NCBI GenBank assembly: GCA_965219585.1
Contig: CBDCOA010000003.1
Coordinates: 2,001,375 to 2,065,374 of the forward strand
Direction: 5' to 3'
Length of the DNA stretch: 64,000 nucleotides
DNA from: Bryobacterales bacterium
Lineage (GTDB): Bacteria > Acidobacteriota > Terriglobia > Bryobacterales > UBA6623
Position numbers and translations under genes: made by a program. Position 1 is the first letter of the stretch. Every line of letters starts with the position of its first letter. Below, in pieces: positions 35,601 to 44,600 of this stretch. Under the pieces are notes generated by a model. It worked only from the letters and a program-made list of their open reading frames with translations, was not told where the DNA came from and did no database searches.

Positions 35601-38600
35601 GCGCGGGCAGGGCTCGAGCCGGCAGAAGTCGACTACCTAGAGGCGCACGGCACCGGGACGGAACTGGGGGATCCGATCGAGGTGCGGGCCGCTGCTGCGG
35701 CCTACGGGCGTGGCAGGGCGGCGAATCGACCTCTGTTGATGGGATCGGTGAAGACAAACATCGGCCACCTGGAAACGGCGGCGGGAATCGCCGGGCTGAT
35801 CAAGGTGGTGCTGTCGATGGAGCACGGAATGTTGCCGAAGCACCTGCATTGCCGGCAGCTGAATCCGCGCATCGACTGGGACGCGCTGCCCGTGGAGGTG
35901 ACAACGGAGGCCCGGCCGTGGCCGGCTTCGCCGGACCGACCGGTGCGGGCGGGAGTGAGTTCCTTCGGATTCTCCGGAACGAATTCGCACGTGGTCTTGG
36001 AAGCCCCCGAGAGTCACCGTCGCGGGCATGGCCCCTTGATGCCGATCGCCGCGGCGCAGGCTGGAACCGGCGGTCCCCCGGAGCCGCGCGGGAAGCGGCT
36101 CTTGCCGCTCTCCGGGAAGTCTTCGCTGGCGGTGCGGGAGTTGGCGGGCCGCTACCTGTCTTGGCTGGAGAGCCGGGGCGGCGTGCTGGGCCAGGGGGAA
36201 GAGTCGGAATCGCTGCTGGCCGACATGGCGTGGACGGCGGGAGCCGGCAGGAGCCACTTCGAGCACCGGGCCTCGGTGGTGTTCGGGGACCTATCGGAAC
36301 TGCGGGCCGCGCTGGAGGAGCTGGCCGCGGACCGGGAGATCGCGCGCGCAGCCCAAGAGCCGCAGGTAGCTTTCGTGTTCACGGGCCAAGGCAGCCAGTG
36401 GGCTGGCATGGGGCGCTGGCTGTACGAGCGGGAGCCGGTGGCACAGGCAGTGCTGGACCGCTGCGAAAAGGTAATGCAGGAATTGCGGGGAGCGTCCCTG
36501 CTGGAGGTGATGTTCGGGCAGCCGGGAGCGGCCGGGGATTTGGACGACACCGGATGGACGCAGCCGGCGCTGTACGCGCTGGAGTGCGCGCTGGCGGCAC
36601 AGTGGGCGAGCGTCGGACTGTCTCCGGTGGCCGTGCTGGGCCACAGCGTGGGAGAGATCGCGGCGGCGCAAGTGGCGGGGGTGTTCGAGCTGGAGGACGG
36701 TCTGCGGTTTGCGGCGGCGAGGGGCGAGTTGATGGGATCGCTGCCGGTGGACGGGCCGGAGGCAGGGGCCATGCTGGCGGTGTTCGCCTCGCCGCAGCGG
36801 GTGAGTCAGGCGCTGGAGGAGCACGCTGCGGGCGATGACGGATCGGGGCTGAGCCTAGCGGCGGAAAACGGGACGCACCGCGTGGTCAGCGGGCCGTTGG
36901 AGGAGGTGGAGACACTGGCAAAGCGCTTCGAGCAGGCGGGAGTGCGGGTGGCGCGGCTGAACACGAGCCACGCGTTCCATAGCACCCTGATGGACCCAGT
37001 GCTGGACGACATCGAGGAGGCGCTGGAGGCAGTGACCCTGGGTTCGCCCGCAGTAGCCTTGGTGAGCAACGTCACGGGCCGGGCGGTGCGCGAGGGCGAG
37101 CGGCTGGACGGGGCGTACTGGCGGCGGCAGGCGCGCGAGCCGGTAGCCTTCGCGGCCGGCGTACAGGCACTGGCGGAAATCGGCGTCGATGTAGTCGTCG
37201 AGATCGGCCCGCAGGCGATCTTGGGGCCGTTGGTCGAGCAGGCGTGGCCGGCCGAGAGCAGCGACGGAGCGGTTTCGGGACCGAGAGTGGTGGAGAGCCT
37301 CCGACGGGAGGCGGGCGGGGCGAACGGCTTCTCCGCAGCCGTGGCCGGCGCATATGAGGCCGGGGCGGCGATCAGCTTCGAGGGCCTGTTTGCCGGCGAG
37401 ATCAGGCGAAGGGTGCCCCTGCCCGGCTACCCGTTCCAGCGGAAGAGGTTCTGGATTGAGCAAGGCAAGCGCAAGGTGACCGAAGAGGGCCATGCGCTGC
37501 TGGGGGCGCGGCGCGACTCGGCACGAGGCGGGATGGCGTTCGAGACGGACCTGCACGCCACGGACCCGGCTTGGCTGGCAGATCACCGGGTGTTCGGCAT
37601 GGTAGTGGCGCCGGGTGCCTTGTACGGGGTGCTGGGGGTGGAAGCGGCAGCGACGACCGGCGGAACCGATGCAGTGGTGCTGCAGGACCTACAGTTGCAC
37701 GAGCCTATGATATGGCTCGAAGAGCCGGAGGATGGGCCGCCTGCCGGCGAGGGGCGCACCGTGCAGGTGTTCGTGGACGGAGCGGAGGGATCTTCAGGCC
37801 GGCTCTTCGAGGTCTACAGCCAAGGCAGCGGGGAGACTGCGTGGCAGTTGCACGCCACGGCGCGCGTGGAGCGGGGCGAGGCGGGCACGCCCGAAGCGAT
37901 CGGCCTGGGGGCACTCAGGGAGACCCTGTCGAGGGTGGACTCGACCGACTTTTACCGGAGCATCAGGAGGCGAGGCATTGTGCACGGTCCCGCCTTCCAG
38001 GGGCTGGCGGCCATCTGGTCCGGCCCGGGGGAGGCCATCGGCGAGGTGGTGCTCTCATCGCAGGCAGGTCCTGGCAGGTTGTGGATGCATCCGGCGCAGC
38101 TGGATGCGTGCTTCCAGGTGGTCGTCGCCACCGTAAGGGACGCCGAAGAGTTCGATTCAGACACCTACATGCCCATCGGATGGGAGCGCATGTGGCTTGC
38201 GGGCCCCGTGCCGGAGCGGATGTTCTGCCATGCGCGGTTGCTTGAGAGGCCCGATGCAGGTACCCCGGGTCCCGGGCCCGCCGAAGTGTTGGTTGCGGAA
38301 CTTGGGCTGTACGACATGCAGGGCGCGGCCCTGGGCGGAGTCAGGGGACTGGTGCTGAAACGCGCGACGCGTGCCGCGCTGGTGTCCGCCATCGAAGGCG
38401 TGGAGGACCTGCTGTACGAGACGGCGTGGCGGAAACAGCCCCGGGCAGGCAGACAGCGGGCAGCCGATCTCCCAGCGGCACAGGCCGGGTTGGAGCAACT
38501 CAGGGGCAGCTTTGCCGAGAGCCTTGCGTCGGAAGGCGTACCGCCGGAGGCTTGGTCCGCCCTGCATGAGGATCTCGACCGGTTGGCACGGTCATACGCC

Positions 38601-41600
38601 ATGGCAGGGCTGGAAGCCTTGGGCTGGCGGCGCGAGAAGGGTGCGGTCGTAGATCTGTCCCTGGCGCAAGAGCAGCTGAAGGTCGTGGGGGACCACCGGA
38701 GACTGTTCGGGCGGATGCTCGCCATGCTGGCCGAGGCCGGGGTCTTGCAGGCGGAGGCGGAGGGCACCCCGGGCTGGGCGGTGGCCGTCGGCGCGGACGA
38801 CGACTTGCCAGAAGGACTGGCGTCGGAACCTGGGGCCGTCGGGGCGCGGCTGCTGGAGCGGCATGCACACGGCGCGCACGAGCTGGGCGTGCTAATTCGC
38901 TGCGGGGAGACGCTAGCGGACGTGCTGCGGGGCCACGCGGATCCGCTAGAAGTGCTGTCCGGCCCCGAAGGTGCCGGGCTGGCGGACATCTACCGGCACG
39001 CACCGGGGATGCGCGCGGCGAACCGTATGGTCGGCAAGACGGTGGCAGCGCTCGTGGCGGGCCTGCCCAAGGGCCGTCCTTTGCGGGTGCTCGAGATCGG
39101 GGCCGGCACGGGCAGCACGACGGCGGAGGTGCTGGCAGTGCTGCCGGCGGGTCGATTCAGCTATGTCTGCACGGACAGCTCCCAGAGTTGCCTCGCAGAG
39201 ACAGAGGCGCGATTCGGTGCGGGAGTCGAGTCCCGGGTGCTGGACATCGAGGCGGACCCGGCAGGCCAGGGGCTGGAGCCGCACCGATACGACCTGGTGA
39301 TCGCGGCGGACGTGCTGCACGCAACACGGGACCTCGGGAAGACACTGGAGCATTGCCGGAGGCTGCTGGCGCCGGCTGGGCACTTGGTGGTGCTGGAGTC
39401 CCTGCGCCCGCAGGCATGGCGGGACCTGACGTTCGGGTTGATGGAGGGTTGGTGGCGATTCGCGGACCCGTACCGGGACGATCAAGCCTTGGCGGGAGCG
39501 AGCGCGTGGCGGCAGGCGTTGGAGGAATCGGGCTTCGGTGACGTGGAAGTGCTGGAGAGCGGCGCGGAGGACACGGCCTGGCAAGGGGTGATCGTAGCGC
39601 GGGGCCAATTCGAAGCGGAGGAAGAGCCGGGCGTGTGGGTGCTGGCCGGAGGGGCTTCAGCGCTGGCTCAGGAGCTGGCCGAGAAGCTGGAGACACGCAA
39701 TCAGGCGGTCGTCTTGGCGAGGCACGACACGGACCAACTGGCAGGAGTCACGACGGCGTATGTGGACCCGACGAGGCGAGAGGCCTGGAGCTCGCTGCTG
39801 GCGGATCTGCGCAGCGAGGCCCCTCTGCGAGGCGTGGTGCACCTAGGCGCCCTAGAGGGCCACGGAGCAACGGCGACGACGCCGGAACTGGCACAAGACA
39901 TGGCCCGGATCGGGGAGGGGGCTCTGGCGCTGCTCCAGGGGCTGCAGGACGTGGGGGCTGAGCCCCTGGAAGGCATGTGGTTCGTTACGCGGGGTGGCCA
40001 AGTGGTCGAGCGCGAGCGAGGCGGCCAATTGGCAGGGGCGACGCTGTGGGGCTTGGCTAGGGCGGTGGCGCTGGAGGCACCGCAGTTGCGCTTGCGCATG
40101 GTCGATCTCGATCCGCGGGCACCGCTCCAGGCGGACTCGCTGCTAGACGAATTGCTGGATGCCGACCGGGAGACGCTCGTGGCTCACCGAGGCGCCACCC
40201 GCCATGCAGCGCGGCTCGTGCGGGCCGCCCGGACGGGCCGCCTGCGGCTGCCGGAGGAGGCGGGTTGGCGCCTTGCCCCGGGCACCGGCGGAAGCCTGGA
40301 TGACCTGAGGGTAGAGCCCGCAGGCCTGCCCGCACCGGGAGAAGGCAAGATCCGCGCATCCGTGAGCGCGGCAGGACTCAACTTCTACGACGTCTTGTCC
40401 GCAATGGGGGTTGTCGATCTGTACAACCCCCTGGGCGCGGAGTTCTGCGGTCGGGTAATCGCGATCGGTCCGGGCGTAACCTCAGTGGCAGTTGGAGACC
40501 GGGTGGCCGGCCTCGCCGCGGGAGCCTTCGGCCCCGAGGTTGTCACGAGCGAGGAACTGGTCGCGAAGTCGCGTTCCGGCTTGCCGGCGGCGGCGCTGGC
40601 AACCGTGCCGACGACTTTCCTGACAGCGGCCATAGCTTTCGAGCTGGCCGGCCTCCAAGCCGGCGACCGGGTGCTAGTGCACGCCGGGGCCGGCGGTGTG
40701 GGCTTGGCGGCAATCCGCTTGGCCCAGGCTGGCGGCGCGGAGGTGATCGCGACGGCGAGCAGCTGGAAGCGCCCGTATCTGCGGTCGCTGGGCGTGCAGC
40801 ACGTGTTCGACAGCCGAACCACGGCCTTCGGCGAGAAAGTTCTGGCGGTTACCGGGGGAGCGGGCGTCGAGGTCGTGCTGAACAGCCTGACGGGCCCGGG
40901 ATTCATCGAGGCGAGCCTTGCGTGCCTGGGCCAGGGCGGCAGGTTCGTCGAGATCGCCAAGCGCGACATCTTCAGCGCGGAGCAGATGGCGGCGGCCAGG
41001 CCAGATGTCGACTACCACATCCTGGCGCTCGATCAACTCGTGATCGATGAGCCGGAGAGAGTCGGAACACAGCTGCGGGCGTTGATGGATCGGATCGACT
41101 CCAAGGATTTGGAGCCGCTCCCGCACAGCGCATGGCCCCTAGCGGAGGCGAGCGCGGCGATGGAGCACATGCGGTCGGCGCGCCATGTGGGCAAGATTGT
41201 GCTGACGCTGCCGTCGCTGGCGTCCGGCGGGCTGCGGGGGAACGGCACGTATCTGGTGACGGGCGGCCTAGCTGGGATTGGACGACTGGCGGCGACCTGG
41301 CTGGCTGACAACGGGGCGCGCTGGATCGTGCTGAACGGCCGGCGGGAGCCCGACTCCGAAGCCGGCGCAGCAATCGCGGCGCTGCGGGAGCGGGGAGTCA
41401 CGGTGCAGGTGGAACTGGCGGACGTGACCGACTCCGCTGCCCTAGACTCCATGCTAGAGAGGGTCGAGGCTGCGATGCCGCCGCTGGCAGGGGTGATTCA
41501 CAGCGCGGGGGTAATCGCCGACGCATCGCTGACCAACCAAGACTGGGGGGGATTCGAGCGAGTCTTGGAGCCGAAAGTGCTTGGGGCCTGGCACCTGCAC

Positions 41601-44600
41601 AGGGCGACGGCGGACCGGGACTTGGATCTGTTCGTGATGTTCTCGAGCATTGCTGGCGTGCTGGGGAATGCAGGTCAGGCGAACTACGCGGCGGCGAACG
41701 CGTTTCTGGACCAGTTGGCGCGGCACCGGCGGTCGGTGGGATTGGTCGGCCAAGCGATCGCGTGGGGGGCTTGGTCGGAAGTGGGCGAAGCAGAAGAGCG
41801 GCGTGCTCGGATCGCGCAGCAGTTGGCGGCGGCCGGCCTGGGCTGGATCACGCCGGAACGTGGCCTGCGTGTCTTCGACAAGCTGCTGCGGCAAGACTTG
41901 GTTGCCCCGGCAGCGGTCTCGATGGACTGGCAACGGTTCGCAGCCCTTCTGTCAGCGGACCAGCCCCTGCTGGACGAGCTTGTGGACTCCAAGCCCGTAG
42001 CAGAGGAGACAGCCCCAACGCTCGATCTCAGGAACCGTCTGCGAGAGGCGTCGCCCGGGGATCGCGAAGCCCTGCTAATGGAAATCGTGCAGGGCGAGGT
42101 CCAAGCGGTCCTGCAGCTTGCCTCACCCCCAGACCCGGCCGTCGGCTTCTTCGATCTCGGCATGGATTCGTTGATGGCGATTGAGCTGACGAACAGGTTG
42201 AACAGGTTGTTGACTGGCGAGTACCGGCTGGCTAACACCGCCGTGTTTGACCATGTCGACATCGCGAGCCTCGCACGACACCTGGCCGTGGAACTGCGTG
42301 TCGTTGAAGATGAGAGCCCGGAACCCGAACGGGCCGCGGCCCGCAGGCCGGAGGATGGCGGGATCGCTGTAGTCGGAATGGCGTGCAGGTTCCCGGGCGG
42401 GCAGGACCTGTTCAGGTTCTGGCAACAGCTCGAGGACGGGGGCAGCGCAATCACGGCGGAACGGCCAGGGGATCTCTGGGTCCATGCTGTCAGCGATTCC
42501 AAGGCGAGCTCTTCAGTCCGAGAAGCCGGTCGTTGGGGAGCGTTCATCGACGGGATCGACCAGTTCGATCCCGGCTTCTTCCGGATCACACCGATCGAGG
42601 CAGAGGGGATCGATCCGCAGCACCGGCTGCTGTTGGAGACAAGCTGGCACGCGCTAGAAGACGCAGGGATTAATCCCGGCTCTCTGCGTGGCCGCCGAGC
42701 CGGGGTTTTCGTGGGGATTTCAGGCAGCGAGTACAAGGATCTGATCCAGGCAAGCGAGAGCGACTTCTTCGATATCACGGCCCTGGAAGGGAACAGTACG
42801 AGCACTGGGGTCGGCCGCGTCGCGCACTTCCTCGGCCTCGAGGGTCCGGCAATGCCCGTGGACACGACGTGCTCTTCGTCGTTGGTGGCACTGCACCAGG
42901 CTTCGGCGGCACTGCGCTTGGGAGAAGCCGACCTGGCGCTGGCGGGGGGCGTGAACGCGATTCTCTCGAAGCGTGCGACCTACGGGATGGCCGGAGTGGG
43001 ACTGCTGTCGAATGACGGGCAGTGCAGGGCCTTCGATGCCTCGGCCAACGGATACGTGCGAGGAGAGGGCTGCGGCATGGTGGTCCTGAAGCGCCTGGCT
43101 GACGCAAAACGCGACGGGGACCCAATCTGGGCAGTGATCCGAGGATCGGCCGTGAACCACAACGGGGGCGGGGCGGGCCTGACCGTGCCGAACCTTGGGG
43201 CGCAGAGTCGGCTGCTCAGGGAAGCGCTCGCGAGCGCCGGGTTGGAGCCCCCCGACGTGGACTATCTTGAGGCACATGCGACGGGGTCGCTGCTTGGGGA
43301 CTCAGTCGAGTTGCAGGCCGCAGCCGAGGTGTACGGGGCGGGACGATCTTCCGACAGACCCCTGCTGCTGGGGTCCGTGAAGTCGAACATTGGGCACTTG
43401 GAGGCCGCTTCCGGCGTGGCTAGCCTGATCAAGGTTGTCCTAGCGATGCAGCGGCGGACCATTCCCAGGCACCTGCACTTCCGCGAGCCAAGCCCTGAGA
43501 TCGATTGGGGAAACTTGCCAGTGAAGGTCACGTCGGACGAAACTCCGTGGCTTTCGGCACAGCCTGGCTGCCCCTTGAGGGCAGGCATCAGTTCCTTCGG
43601 GCTCTCGGGCACAAACGCACACGTGCTCGTCGAGAGTTGCCAAACGACGGGCACCCATTCCGAGCGGGCGGCGCTCTCCGTGGCAGTCCCGATGCACTCT
43701 TCCGCGGGCTCAGAAACCACGGAGGGATCGTTCCGGGAGCGGGAGACAAGGCTGCTGCCGCTGTCGGGGCGGTCCGCGAGGGCGGTCCGCGACCTAGCCG
43801 GCCAATACTTGTCTTGGCTCGAACAGAATGCGGAGCGGCCAGCCGCGGAACACGAGGGTTCGGACCCGCCTGCCACCAGTGCAGACGCTGCCTCGCTGCT
43901 TGCGGACATGGCGTGGACGGCGGGAGTGGGCCGGAACCACTTTGGCCATCGGGTGGGATTGGTGTTCGGAAGTGCCGACGAACTGCGGGAAAGGTTGACA
44001 GCATTGGCAAGTGCGCGCGACGCCGCCCACTTTGCCGGACGTGCACCGAGTGTGGCATTTGTGTTTGCGGGCCAAGGCAGCCAGTGGCCAGCCATGGGGA
44101 GGGCACTCTACGAGAGAGAGCCAGACGGGCGGGCGATCTTGGAGCGCTGTGACCGGGTTATGCGGAAAGTGCGCGGGGTATCGCTGGTGGATGCGATGCT
44201 CGGTCGGCCAGGTGCCGCCGACGATCAGGGCGATCCGCTTTGGGCGGAACCGGGGCTGTACGCGGTGGAGTGTGCGCTGGCGGCCCTGTGGGAGAGGGTG
44301 GGGGTACGACCAGTCACGGTGCAGGGACACGGCGTGGGCGAGTTGGCGGCGGCCAAGGTTGCCGGAGTGTTCGGCCTGGAAGACGGCCTGCGACTCGCAG
44401 CGGCGCGGGGTGCGCTGAGTAGTTCCTTGCCCACAACAGGTCCGCGCGCCGGAACCCTCCTAGCCGTCTCCGCTCCCATGGAACGCTTGGAGACTGCCTT
44501 GGGCGCGCTGAATTCCGATTCAAGTCACGCTGGGCCGAGCGTGGTGTTGGATTCCGGGACACACCGCCTAGTCCATGGACCGGTGGCGGACATGGAACGG

